IMG/VR virus record: IMGVR_UViG_3300008255_000158 | Coordinates: 1-53,642 of that record | DNA length: 53,642 bases | From: a virus | Taxonomy: Duplodnaviria; Caudoviricetes | Direction: 5' to 3' (one strand) | Part shown: one piece after another, positions 9,800 to 19,541 of the stretch | How positions within the stretch are numbered: position 1 is the stretch's first letter | How the letters are laid out: the number at the start of each line of letters is the position of its first letter | Translations under genes and position numbers: made by a program | The notes under the pieces: generated by a model | What the model was told of the DNA's origin: nothing | Database searches by the model: none | What the model saw: only the letters and a program-made list of their open reading frames with translations

Positions 9800-9911
9800 A
9801 CAGTAAAATCAGGCGAAAGCGCGGCGGGATGCCACCCCTCTGACGGGATGTCGGGGTAAAAGCTGAGGCCTTTGGCAACAAAACGAAACCAAGAAGGTCA
9901 GGAGAAAATCC

Positions 9912-10841
9912 ATGGCAGTTACCCTACTTGAAGCAGCCAAGCAGATGACTGGTGATGTCATCCGCCAATCGGTGATCGAGGTCTTTGCTCGATCCACCGA
10001 CCTGCTTCGTGTCATGCTCTACACCGACATCCAGGGTGGAGCCTACAAGTACAGTCAGGAGCAGGCGCTCCCCGGCATCGCCTTCCGAGGCATCAACGAG
10101 TCTTACACCGAGTCGGCTGGCGTGCTCAACCCCGCGGTCGAGCAGCTGGTCATTCTCGGCGGTGACCTCGATGTCGATAAGGCCCTGATCAAGTTCCACG
10201 GCGAGGGCATCCGTGCCACTCACGAGGCGATGAAGATCAAGGCCATCGCTCACGAGTTCAGTCACCGATTCATCAAGGGTGACTCTCAGACCGACCCCAA
10301 GGAGTTCGACGGACTGCAGAAGCGGCTCGTCGGCAATCAGCTCATCGCTGCGGGCTCGACCTCGGGCGGTGACGTCCTGTCCTTGCAGAAGCTGGACGAG
10401 CTCATCGATGCCGTTGATGAGCCGAACTATCTGCTGATGTCGAAGGCCATGCGCCGGATCCTCACGACTGCCGCTCGCAATCAGAGCGTCGGCGGTCACG
10501 TCTCCTATCAGAAGGACGAGTTCGGCCGTCAGGTCACGGTCTACAACGACCTGCCGATCCTCATCGCCGACGGTAACGGTGATGTGAACTCGACCCTCGG
10601 CTTCAACGAGGCGAATCCCGGCGGCGGTTCGAGTGTCGGAACGTCGATCTACTGCATGTCCATCCAGGAGGGCATGCTCTCCGGCATCCAGAACGGTGTT
10701 ATGGACGTGACCGATCTCGGCGAGCAGGACGCCAAGCCCGTGTTCCGTACTCGAGTCGAGTGGTACAACTCGATGCTGCTCGAACACCCCCGGGCGGCGG
10801 CGCGTCTCTACGGTATCAAGACCGGCGCGGCGGTGGCCTGA
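9912..10841 (+). CDS. Major capsid protein
   Basis: AGGAG RBS, strongly biased codons, TLLEAAK start, FRGINESY, EFDGL and RTRVEWY...AARL motifs. Confidence 0.9.
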   Translation: MAVTLLEAAKQMTGDVIRQSVIEVFARSTDLLRVMLYTDIQGGAYKYSQEQALPGIAFRGINESYTESAGVLNPAVEQLVILGGDLDVDKALIKFHGEGIRATHEAMKIKAIAHEFSHRFIKGDSQTDPKEFDGLQKRLVGNQLIAAGSTSGGDVLSLQKLDELIDAVDEPNYLLMSKAMRRILTTAARNQSVGGHVSYQKDEFGRQVTVYNDLPILIADGNGDVNSTLGFNEANPGGGSSVGTSIYCMSIQEGMLSGIQNGVMDVTDLGEQDAKPVFRTRVEWYNSMLLEHPRAAARLYGIKTGAAVA

Positions 10842-10908
10842 TCCGACTGCTAGCTGCTTAACAGCGGCATAGTCCTTCAACAGAAAATTCCTTAGGGAGA
10901 CAACTCGA

Positions 10909-11358
10909 ATGAGTGTTACTCAAAAGACATACGATTCCTCGCTCGTCCTCAAGGCGGCGGGGCTCATCGCGGCGAGCGCTGCCGTCGCCACTATCGTCGA
11001 CCTCGGCGATTGTCCCTGCCATGCGGACGTCGTCATCGACGTTACCGCTCTCGAGATCGCCTCGAACGACGAGCTCTACGACATCGTGATCCAGGGTTCC
11101 CCGGATTCCGACTTCGGAACGGCCGGCAACATCATCGATCTCGCTTCCTTGACGCTCGGCGCCAAGGAGGTCATGCGGTCCAGCAGTGACCGTGACAGCG
11201 TGATCGGTCGCTACCTGCTCGGTCTTCGGAATGAGGCCGATCTGGCTGGCGTCGTGACGACCTTCCGCTATGTCCGTCTCTACACGGTCGTCGCGGGCAC
11301 CGTCGCTACCGGCATCAACTACTCTGCGTACATCGCGAAGCAGCAGCCGGGGGCCTGA
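10909..11358 (+). CDS. Capsid decoration/cement protein (putative)
   Basis: Directly after the capsid gene with the same codon bias; beta-rich; RYVRLY near the C-terminus. Confidence 0.6.
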   Translation: MSVTQKTYDSSLVLKAAGLIAASAAVATIVDLGDCPCHADVVIDVTALEIASNDELYDIVIQGSPDSDFGTAGNIIDLASLTLGAKEVMRSSSDRDSVIGRYLLGLRNEADLAGVVTTFRYVRLYTVVAGTVATGINYSAYIAKQQPGA

Positions 11359-11361
11359 TCG

Positions 11362-11649
11362 ATGTCGTTCCAGGATCGTGAGAAGGTGACTATCCCGTTG
11401 TCGAGCCTCGACTCTCAAGGCTTGGTCACGATATACGACCTCATCGACGGGGGCACCAAGCGGTGTTCCCCGATTGATGCTCGCGAGATTATCGCGAGTG
11501 GTTGTGGGTCGTTGACCAAGCCCGATTCTGCTCCCATCACCGATGATGGTGATGATGATGCAGCGCAGAGCGAAGTCGAGGGCTTGACCACGGCGAAGGT
11601 GACCCGACCCAAGGCCAAAAGAGGGAGCGGGGCCGCTACTCGGCAGTAG
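11362..11649 (+). CDS. Hypothetical head-region protein
   Basis: In-operon ORF with acidic then basic tail. Confidence 0.6.
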   Translation: MSFQDREKVTIPLSSLDSQGLVTIYDLIDGGTKRCSPIDAREIIASGCGSLTKPDSAPITDDGDDDAAQSEVEGLTTAKVTRPKAKRGSGAATRQ

Positions 11650-11668
11650 TCACCCGTAGAGCTTCGCA

Positions 11669-12187
11669 ATGGCAGCTACATTTGTCGTCGAAGATGGTAC
11701 TGGTCTGTCCACCGCTAACGCACTAATCAGCGAGGCGGAGGCGGATCAGTATCACGACAACAACGGAACGCGGACAGCGTGGGACCTGGCCTCCGATAAA
11801 GAGCAGGCGATCCGCAGCGCAACAAAGTACCTTGAGGTCAAGTACAAGGGGAGGTGGCTCGGTTCTCGAGCTGTCGCAACTCAGGCACTTTCGTGGCCTC
11901 GAGCTGGTGTTGAGGACTGCGACGGTTACGCCGTCGATAGTGACTCGATTCCCCAAGACATCAAGAACGCTTGTGCTGAGCTCGCCCTCGATACAGTGAC
12001 TGAGTCCGATCTCCTTGCCGATGAAACCTCGCCAGTTGGCATAATCAAGCGCCAGCGAAACAAGGTCGGTGAGATCGAGCAGGACATCGAGTACATCGGG
12101 GGAGCTGATTCCACTACTCTCCGCACTACCGTTGCTGGATTGGTTCGTAACTACGTCACCGACTCTGACGTCTTGGAACGCGGTTGA
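11669..12187 (+). CDS. Head-tail adaptor
   Basis: VVEDGTG..ANA.IS..EAD.Y, QALSWPR and IP..IK.A.AELA motifs. Confidence 0.8.
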   Translation: MAATFVVEDGTGLSTANALISEAEADQYHDNNGTRTAWDLASDKEQAIRSATKYLEVKYKGRWLGSRAVATQALSWPRAGVEDCDGYAVDSDSIPQDIKNACAELALDTVTESDLLADETSPVGIIKRQRNKVGEIEQDIEYIGGADSTTLRTTVAGLVRNYVTDSDVLERG

Positions 12188-12189
12188 AC

Positions 12190-12549
12190 ATGACTACTCT
12201 TGACGACACTTTTCTCCCACTGACTGCTAACCTAATCAGCAGCTTCGGCAAGTCATTGACTTTCGTCGTGGCGACTGACAGCTACGACCCAGCTACTGGG
12301 TCAAATACGGTGAGTGAGAGCACAAGTGTTGTCAAGGGTGTCCTGTCTGCTTACAGCAGCCGGTTCATCGATGGCGACCTAATCCAGAATGGCGACTTGA
12401 AAGCGCTGATCGCGGCTCAAGGACTTACCTTTACTCCAACAGTGGGGCAAAGGGTTGAGTTCAACAGCCAGAAGTGGCGCATTGTTGCAATTGCAAGCCT
12501 CTACAGCGGTGATGAGATAGCTGGGTATCGTCTTCAACTGAGGCGATGA
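12190..12549 (+). CDS. Head-closure (stopper) protein
   Basis: YDPATG, IDG.LI..GD and C-terminal LQLRR; follows the adaptor. Confidence 0.7.
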   Translation: MTTLDDTFLPLTANLISSFGKSLTFVVATDSYDPATGSNTVSESTSVVKGVLSAYSSRFIDGDLIQNGDLKALIAAQGLTFTPTVGQRVEFNSQKWRIVAIASLYSGDEIAGYRLQLRR

Positions 12550-13049
12550 CATCGAACATCCGCCAGTTTGAAGCTAACGTCCGGAAACTCGCAAGAACTC
12601 TGACGGTTGAGCAGTTTAACCTGTTCAATCGCAAGATTTGCTTTGAGTCCCTCAGACGCGCTGTGCTCCACACCCCCGTCGATACCGGAGTGACCCGTGG
12701 GGCTTGGCAAGTCACTGTCAATGAGCTGCCCAAGGGGTCGGACTCGAAAGACCGGTCTGTATCGGGCTCTTCGTCAACTTCAGACAAGGACGGGGCAGAC
12801 ACAATCAACCGCGGCAATGCGGTCATTGCGACCATGCCCCCTTACTCGCTGTTGTGGATAACCAACAGCACTCCTCACATCATGGTTCTCGAAGAGGGTC
12901 TGTTCGACCCGCCCAACCCTGGCCCGTCTAGCGACCCGAGGCCGGGAAGGTTCGGCGAAGTACTAGTTAGTGGCGGATTCTCGCTGCAGGCGCCTCAAGG
13001 AATGGTTGGACTCACTCTCATCGAGCTCCAAGCCATCTTCGGGCCCTGA
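12546..13049 (+). CDS. Tail completion protein (HK97 gp10-like)
   Basis: TPVDTG..RGAWQV, N..P....LE.G and S.QAP.GMV motifs. Confidence 0.85.
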   Translation: MTSNIRQFEANVRKLARTLTVEQFNLFNRKICFESLRRAVLHTPVDTGVTRGAWQVTVNELPKGSDSKDRSVSGSSSTSDKDGADTINRGNAVIATMPPYSLLWITNSTPHIMVLEEGLFDPPNPGPSSDPRPGRFGEVLVSGGFSLQAPQGMVGLTLIELQAIFGP

Positions 13050-13262
13050 TAATGCAGCGAATGACCAAACATGGCCGACAAGCTAGCGGTGGGGGGTTTT
13101 GTGGTGCTACTCCTGCCCACTCATCGCTAGCTTGTTGGACTTTTGATGATGTCTCACCAGGGTCAGTGACAAGACGCCTACTGGCGTCCCAGTCGGCTCC
13201 CGAGACGATTGATGACTGGACAGTCAGTTCGATCTCAGAATCGGTCTAGGAGACCAATAGAC

Positions 13263-13598
13263 GTGAGTGAAGAAGAAGAAGATACCTTTGAATCAATGCC
13301 GCGCCACAACTCACAAGACGACTACCGGTTCATGCGGTTTCTCAACAAACTCGTATGGGCAAGCATCCCAGTCTTGTTTACCTTACTAGGGGCAACTGGG
13401 AAGCAGGTGCTTGATAACGACAAGCGTCTCACCGTGATCGAGTCTAACAGGTACAGTCGGGACGCTGGTAATGCGGAACGAGAAGAGAGGATCAATGGGG
13501 ACGCTGAGCTGAGAGCACTGATCTTGTCCACGCTTTATTCGATCGAGAAACGGCTTGATCGAGTTGAGGTACTCAACGAAAGACACAAGGATAAGTGA
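13263..13598 (+). CDS. Single-TM coiled-coil membrane protein (lysis-associated?)
   Basis: AGGAGA RBS then GTG 13263; one hydrophobic segment followed by a coiled coil; adjacent to the holin. Confidence 0.55.
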   Translation: MSEEEEDTFESMPRHNSQDDYRFMRFLNKLVWASIPVLFTLLGATGKQVLDNDKRLTVIESNRYSRDAGNAEREERINGDAELRALILSTLYSIEKRLDRVEVLNERHKDK

Positions 13599-13605
13599 GG
13601 ATACC

Positions 13606-13830
13606 ATGGAGTTGCTCAGAGAGCTTTTGACTAGCAAGAAATTCGTGGCAATGCTCGTCGGCATTATCACGGTCGTTGTCACGAAGATCGGCTGGGACAT
13701 CGACCACGACACAATCAGCCAGATCGTGGCACTTGTTGCTTCCTACATCGTCGGTCAAGGATTTGCCGATAAGGGCAAGGAAGCCGCCAGGATTGCTTCA
13801 GCGGCTCGCACGGAAAAGAAGATGGAGTGA
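13606..13830 (+). CDS. Holin (putative)
   Basis: Two TM segments, SKKF and YIVGQGFAD motifs, charged C-terminus, GAGG RBS. Confidence 0.7.
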   Translation: MELLRELLTSKKFVAMLVGIITVVVTKIGWDIDHDTISQIVALVASYIVGQGFADKGKEAARIASAARTEKKME

Positions 13831-13833
13831 TCG

Positions 13834-14634
13834 ATGACCTATCTGATTCCCCAGCACACAAGCTTCAAAATCCCCATCTTCGTCCAGACCGACGCCAATG
13901 ACCGAACCGCGGTCACGGGGATTACTCCATCAACGATGGAGGTCTATGTCAAAAAGTTTGAGCAACCGCTGAACTTCGCTAGCGGCAACGGGGGCGTAGT
14001 CGAGCTCGAAGTGGGATTTGGAATCTATCAGGTGATCCTCGACGAAGTGGACACTAACACAGTCGGGGCGCTCACCGTCGTCGTTGACGCCTCGCCGAGC
14101 GGATTCGTTCACATCATTGAGCTGCAGATTACACCGAATCCAAACTCCATCCCTTGTGTCGTGATGGACGCAAGCACGACATCGATCCTAGTGTCGGGAC
14201 TCCCGCCGAGCGACGACGACGACCACTGGATCGACGGATTGCTGAGAGTCACCGATGGTAACCTTGTCGGACAGCACAAGCGGATCACCGCTAGTACTGA
14301 GGTACTAGCTCTCATCAATGGTGCGACCTACGATGACCTCGGTCATGCGGCTGGCGACTATCTGCTCTACGCCCCAGGTCTTTTCGCTGGGTACACTTTC
14401 ACTGTGGGTGATAGGGTTCGGCTATTCGCTGGTACGGATATGTCACTGACCACCCACGAGATCGCCAGCAGGGTGTCTGACGATGCAGTGCTGTTTACCG
14501 CTTCTGCATCCGTTGCTGGTGCCGATTCGATTGATGGCTCTATCATTGTCCTCGGCCTAACTCGACTGACTGTCGCTGGCGGATTCACAAGTGCACCTGC
14601 GGTGGACGATCATGCAGTGATTGTCGGGGAGTAA
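13834..14634 (+). CDS. Virion-associated beta-rich protein (putative)
   Basis: GGAG RBS; acidic and beta-rich; within the neck/tail operon. Confidence 0.55.
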   Translation: MTYLIPQHTSFKIPIFVQTDANDRTAVTGITPSTMEVYVKKFEQPLNFASGNGGVVELEVGFGIYQVILDEVDTNTVGALTVVVDASPSGFVHIIELQITPNPNSIPCVVMDASTTSILVSGLPPSDDDDHWIDGLLRVTDGNLVGQHKRITASTEVLALINGATYDDLGHAAGDYLLYAPGLFAGYTFTVGDRVRLFAGTDMSLTTHEIASRVSDDAVLFTASASVAGADSIDGSIIVLGLTRLTVAGGFTSAPAVDDHAVIVGE

Positions 14635-14636
14635 CC

Positions 14637-17600
14637 ATGTCTCTGCTTTTGCTGCTCAATGATCCCGAGATTCCCGAGCTGTCTGTAGCTTCAACCTCGA
14701 TTGCTACAGACGGCTTGAGTATCACCTCGGTGACCAATTCGGAATCGACTCTGCAGATGTCTGTGAGAAGCCTTATCAGGCCATGCCTCATGGACACTAG
14801 CGATGAGTCATTCCAGAAGTGGTCGATTGACGACCCCGACTATGCGCTTGCGCCAGTCGGCATCGAGTCGGATTCTAGCAGCTTTACCGCAGAATTTGTC
14901 GGATCGGGCGTTGCAGCTTTTCGGGCTAAGTTGCACTGTGAGGTCGACGGAGTTGGCGGGTCGATCAAGCTTCATCCCGAATTGGTCATGGGATCGGGTA
15001 AAGCGGGCGCTACCCACTATTTCTCGGGGATTGAGGTCTCACTTCCGATTATCGGAAATGCCTCTGATTGCTCAGTTGTTCTCCCCTCGACCATGGGGAT
15101 CGTCGTTCCGTTCTTGGACGACTTGGTTCTACCCGACGGAACGGAAGTAAAGTGGGGATACCCGGGACTGCAAAACAAGGGGTCTGGCGCTGGCGCAAAT
15201 CCGGCTACCCACCCCAGGGGTGATGTCAGCTGGAATGTAGCCTCATTCTTTCCCGTGGTTGCTCTTTACAATCGGGTGACTGGAGTCGGTGGTATTCTTC
15301 GAGTCTCGGGGAACAACAACGGGCGAGGCTGTGCTATCTCACTGACTCGGTCTGGGTCGAATATCATAGTTGCTCTGAGGATGATCCCGATTGACCACCA
15401 GGTGGGCGTTAACGGGGCCTCAGACGAGGAATTCGACTACTCACTACAGATTAAGCCATTCGCAAGCATCGATGCCGATACTGCTTGGTATGATATCTCC
15501 AAGTTCCACAGTGACGAGCTTGAGCGCGAGAGTCATCCCAGCAAGACCGTTGCGAGAGTCATCGATAGGCCCTCAAGCGGCTCGGGCTATTTCCCGAACC
15601 GTATCAGAAACCTTGAAGCCTTTGCTGCGATGACCCAAGGCGATTTGACTGACCCGACTTTTGACTTCGACACGCTGTACAGAGCAAACGGCGCCAACCT
15701 GGTCAACGGATTCGCACACCTCTCTGCAGCTGGGTTGTGTCTGTCGATTTACAACTATACGTCTGGCAGGCTTTGGGCTAATCACCCGAGTCTGCCATTC
15801 GCCCCTGGTGCTGCCCAGGCGGTCATCGACTTGTATGACCTCGGAATCACCATCTCGATGTATACGGTCCAGGCGCTTACTGTGGACGGTTTGACTGGGC
15901 TTGGGCTTGACATCGAGAATCACTTAGTTCTCGATGAGAACGGTGACCCGATTACTGGAGTTGTTGCGGGCTCGTCGGCGCCCGAAGGACTCCAGTATCA
16001 GATGAGTTTTCTCGACGACTCGAGTGTGTCCGAAGTGTTCGGATATCAGGTGGCTGAGATCACCGATGAAGTCGGAACGAAGTTCTGGGTTATCTACATG
16101 GACGGGCTTAACGCCGTGGCACCCCCTGCAGACGCCAATTCGGCTTTGTCATCGGACGACCGAGGAACTGGCTCGAAGACGTTCTGGCCCAAGCTAAGAG
16201 CATCGCTCGACCTCATGAGGGCCGAGATGGTAACTGCGGGGATCGTCAGCCCAAGCGTGTTCACCGAGCACCCGAATCCCAACACAGTGGGCACTGCCGA
16301 CTTCTGCTTCAATAACATGATTGGGCCGGGTGAGTCGTTCCTCGGCGCTCTGTACGGGTCTTGGGACTACATTACGCCTCGATTCCCCAGCTTCATAATC
16401 TGCCACTCACCCGAGACCATAGTCACTGACTTCGCCAGTTTTGGTGATGGTCCCACGGCTGCTTTTGATGGGCTCGCAATTGACAACTATGCCACAGTCC
16501 CCGAGAGGTTCAACTCCCTCTACTCGTTCAATTGGCATAACCACCAGCTACCCAGCTTCCTGAGGTACTTCGAGGTCGATCCCGACTCTGTGTACTTTCC
16601 CGATGATGCAAGTGAGGGCTACCTTGAATGGGCTGAGTTCGTTGACCGGATGTGCTTCAAGAATGGAGACGCGGTCAGGCACTGGAATCGATGCAAGAAA
16701 TTACGAGACCTGCCCGACTCCCAGCATGTTCGCAGTATCGAAGCTTACCACTACTACGATAGCAGCCTGGTCTTGGTCGAGGGCTCACAGCTTCATCACT
16801 CTGTGGTGCACGATGACCGGAACGACGAGGTCATTCTAAGGTTCACGAACTGGTCGATGGTCGGGCATAATCCCGTAGAAGTTCAGTTCACGACATCCTT
16901 GACAGTTGACAAGTGGCCCGAGCTCGGGACGATTGCGCGGGATGTCTGGCTGTGGGACTGGTCGAACGACTCGATGACTCCGATGACTAATCGGGACACA
17001 GGCTCGGCATACCAGCTCACAGTGGTGATTCCAGCTGGGTTTGTCGGTGTTGTCATGATGGTTCCGAGGGGAGTGCTTCCCACATTCAGTGGCACATTCT
17101 CAGTTGAGGCTATGCACAATGCGGCGCGGAGTGTTTGGTCTACTGGGATCGAAGTCGGCCAGTCAATACCGACGCAATACGACAACGCGCCGTTCACTCA
17201 GCCTGAAAACGGCATCTGGGCTCGAGTGAAGGTCTCAGTCAGCGATCAAACGCAAGTGTGCTTTGGCAAGAAGAACACCTTCAAGACCAAAGGCCAAATT
17301 ACCGCCAATATCCACTTCCCTATCACGCTCGGCGACTCGAGCCCCTTGTCGGTGTGTGATAGCGTTGCAGCGGTATTTGACGGACTAAGCGTATCATCGG
17401 CAATGCTCTTCAGACAATCGACTGCTCAGAACGGATATCGGGAGGGCGATGACTGGGTCATTCCCATGGTCATACCGTTCGAGTCAACCAGTGTCGAGAA
17501 CAAGCTGGCCAGGGTGGCTGGGTCGTCGGACAGCTTTGAGGAGTTGGGCAATAACATCCGCAGCTATTTCGACACTAACCTGACAGTTGCTGAGTCGTTG

Positions 17601-17924
17601 TTGACCCACTTCGACAATGCTCCATTCACCATCCAGGATGGCGTAATCTGGGCCAGGATGTCGGTTCAGCGCGGTGATCGGATGACATCGGAGATCGGTG
17701 CATCGCCGACATATCGGACAGTTGGGAGAATCGTCGTCTCGATCTTCATCCCCATCGAGTTGGGTGATATGGATGGACTAGTCTTGGGGGATAAGGTCAG
17801 AGGCGTATTCCGCACAGTGACAATCAAAGGGGTTACTTTCAGGAGCCCCACTGTAAGAAATACTGGTCGTGACGGGTCATGGTGGCGTGTAGACGTCACT
17901 GTCCCATTCAATGTTAGCAGGTAA
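14637..17924 (+). CDS. Fusion of a glycoside-hydrolase-like (DUF6259-like) region and two tandem tail-terminator (DUF4128-like) domains
   Basis: Two C-terminal copies of (Y/F)DNAPFT....IWAR......G.I...I..PI.LGD...W....(I/V)PF; sits directly before the tube gene. Confidence 0.7.
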   Translation: MSLLLLLNDPEIPELSVASTSIATDGLSITSVTNSESTLQMSVRSLIRPCLMDTSDESFQKWSIDDPDYALAPVGIESDSSSFTAEFVGSGVAAFRAKLHCEVDGVGGSIKLHPELVMGSGKAGATHYFSGIEVSLPIIGNASDCSVVLPSTMGIVVPFLDDLVLPDGTEVKWGYPGLQNKGSGAGANPATHPRGDVSWNVASFFPVVALYNRVTGVGGILRVSGNNNGRGCAISLTRSGSNIIVALRMIPIDHQVGVNGASDEEFDYSLQIKPFASIDADTAWYDISKFHSDELERESHPSKTVARVIDRPSSGSGYFPNRIRNLEAFAAMTQGDLTDPTFDFDTLYRANGANLVNGFAHLSAAGLCLSIYNYTSGRLWANHPSLPFAPGAAQAVIDLYDLGITISMYTVQALTVDGLTGLGLDIENHLVLDENGDPITGVVAGSSAPEGLQYQMSFLDDSSVSEVFGYQVAEITDEVGTKFWVIYMDGLNAVAPPADANSALSSDDRGTGSKTFWPKLRASLDLMRAEMVTAGIVSPSVFTEHPNPNTVGTADFCFNNMIGPGESFLGALYGSWDYITPRFPSFIICHSPETIVTDFASFGDGPTAAFDGLAIDNYATVPERFNSLYSFNWHNHQLPSFLRYFEVDPDSVYFPDDASEGYLEWAEFVDRMCFKNGDAVRHWNRCKKLRDLPDSQHVRSIEAYHYYDSSLVLVEGSQLHHSVVHDDRNDEVILRFTNWSMVGHNPVEVQFTTSLTVDKWPELGTIARDVWLWDWSNDSMTPMTNRDTGSAYQLTVVIPAGFVGVVMMVPRGVLPTFSGTFSVEAMHNAARSVWSTGIEVGQSIPTQYDNAPFTQPENGIWARVKVSVSDQTQVCFGKKNTFKTKGQITANIHFPITLGDSSPLSVCDSVAAVFDGLSVSSAMLFRQSTAQNGYREGDDWVIPMVIPFESTSVENKLARVAGSSDSFEELGNNIRSYFDTNLTVAESLLTHFDNAPFTIQDGVIWARMSVQRGDRMTSEIGASPTYRTVGRIVVSIFIPIELGDMDGLVLGDKVRGVFRTVTIKGVTFRSPTVRNTGRDGSWWRVDVTVPFNVSR

Positions 17925-17938
17925 TTGGAGGGTTCAAA

Positions 17939-19102
17939 ATGGGCGCTGATGCCAATAGAATGGGACTCGCTTTCGTCGAAGAATCAACCTTCGGCACGAG
18001 CCCCGGAACGCAGCTGAAAAACATCCGCTACACTGGTGAGTCCCTGAAGCAGGACACGAGCACTACTACCTCAAACGAGATTCGTAGTGACCGCCAGGTG
18101 TCGGATGTCATCCGAACAAATCTCAAGGCTTCGGGTGGCATTGATATCGAGATGAGCTACAAGGCTCATCAAGAGTTCATCGAGGCAGCTCTGCTGTCAG
18201 CTGACATCAGTGCCGAGGTCGATGTCGCAACCGCTGATACTGGTGTGTCTGCGGCTGCGTCGGACAACTCGTTCAATCACACCAGCGCTTGGGATAACAC
18301 TCCCGCTGTCGGCGACTGGATTCGGGTTGAGGGATTCTCCACTGCGGGCAACAACGGCTACTGCCGGGTTGTGTCCGCGACTTCGAGCAAGATCGTGGTC
18401 TCGTTCCTAACCCTGACCGACGAAGCCGCTACCCCGTCGATCGATATGAAGGTTGGTCAGCAGATGACCAACGGTACGACCTTCCGCTCTTTCCACCTCG
18501 AGAAGGAGTTCACCGATCTGACCAACGAGTTCGTTCTCTACGGCGGAATGTGTGTCGATACGATGGATCTCAACATTGCAGTTGAGTCCATCATCACCGG
18601 CGCCTTCTCGTTCCTGGGCAAGAGCGAAGAAGCCGCTTCCGCGACCTCGGGAACCGGCACTAACACGGCTGCCGCGACTAACGACATCATGAACGCCGTG
18701 GACAACATCCAGGCGGTCTTCGAGAACGGGTCGAGTTCTATCGAGGTCACCAGCTTCACGATGGCGTTGGCCAACAACCTTCGCGCTCGAGCCAAGGTCG
18801 GGACTCTCGGCACTATCAGCGTCGGAACTGGTACTGTCGGACTCACCGGCGCACTCGAAGTGTACTTCGCTTCTGCGGGTCTGATGACTCGCTACCGCAA
18901 CTTCAGCGATTCGGCTATTGCCATCATCGCCGAGGATGCGGATGGAAATGGCTTCATCATCGATCTGCCCCAGATTCGGTTCACCGATGCTCAGCAGGTC
19001 TCTGGTGGAATCAACACTGATATCATGGCGGCAATGCAGTACACGGCCTTCCGCCACTCGACGCTCGGCTACACTTGCCGAATCGTCCAGTTCGACGTCT
19101 GA
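17939..19102 (+). CDS. Major tail tube protein
   Basis: GGAGG RBS; EESTFGTSP, SNEIRSDRQ, L.NNL and G.LEVYF motifs; biased codons. Confidence 0.9.
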   Translation: MGADANRMGLAFVEESTFGTSPGTQLKNIRYTGESLKQDTSTTTSNEIRSDRQVSDVIRTNLKASGGIDIEMSYKAHQEFIEAALLSADISAEVDVATADTGVSAAASDNSFNHTSAWDNTPAVGDWIRVEGFSTAGNNGYCRVVSATSSKIVVSFLTLTDEAATPSIDMKVGQQMTNGTTFRSFHLEKEFTDLTNEFVLYGGMCVDTMDLNIAVESIITGAFSFLGKSEEAASATSGTGTNTAAATNDIMNAVDNIQAVFENGSSSIEVTSFTMALANNLRARAKVGTLGTISVGTGTVGLTGALEVYFASAGLMTRYRNFSDSAIAIIAEDADGNGFIIDLPQIRFTDAQQVSGGINTDIMAAMQYTAFRHSTLGYTCRIVQFDV

Positions 19103-19128
19103 TCTGAAGATCAAGAAGGAGTAGCAAA

Positions 19129-19533
19129 ATGGCAAAGATCTCGAGTTTCAAACAAGACCTAACCAAAGAGTCCGAGGGCGTTTGGTTTGACTTCGAGTCG
19201 GGTATCCGCGTGCTCATCGCGAGCACGAATAGCCCGAAGTTCAAGAAGTTTCTGAAGGCCCTGACAAAGCCACACATTCAGGCGATTCGGTCAAACACGG
19301 CCAGCGTCGATCTGCAGACTGCGCTGTTCAAAAAGGCGGGTTCCAAGTACCTCGTTCTCGACTGGGAAAACATCGAGGACGACGACGGAAATCCCATCGA
19401 GTGCACTCCCGAGAATTGCCTCGAGATCTTCAACGACCCCGCGCTCCGCGAATTCTACAATTTCGTGGTGCAGTCCGCTGGTTCGGCGGAAGCGTTCCGC
19501 GTTGAGTTCGAAGCGGAATCCGCGGGAAACTGA
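19129..19533 (+). CDS. Tail assembly chaperone (lambda G-like)
   Basis: EGVW, LVLDWENI and TPEN motifs; between tube and tape measure genes. Confidence 0.85.
   Translation: MAKISSFKQDLTKESEGVWFDFESGIRVLIASTNSPKFKKFLKALTKPHIQAIRSNTASVDLQTALFKKAGSKYLVLDWENIEDDDGNPIECTPENCLEIFNDPALREFYNFVVQSAGSAEAFRVEFEAESAGN
19524..19530 (+). other. Programmed -1 frameshift slippery site G GGA AAC
   Basis: XXXYYYZ heptamer directly before the TGA; the -1 frame (CTG ACG GAG TGC ATG) is open into ORF 19542-19868. Confidence 0.85.
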
Positions 19534-19541
19534 CGGAGTGC

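Noticed and set aside
9924-10880. 318-aa minus-strand ORF opposite the capsid gene (similar ones at 8990-9784 and 18407-19135)
   Set aside because: Antisense shadows produced by strong codon bias in clear structural genes
13052-13249. 65-aa ORF after the tail-completion gene
   Set aside because: No clear RBS or recognisable motif; cannot distinguish from spacer
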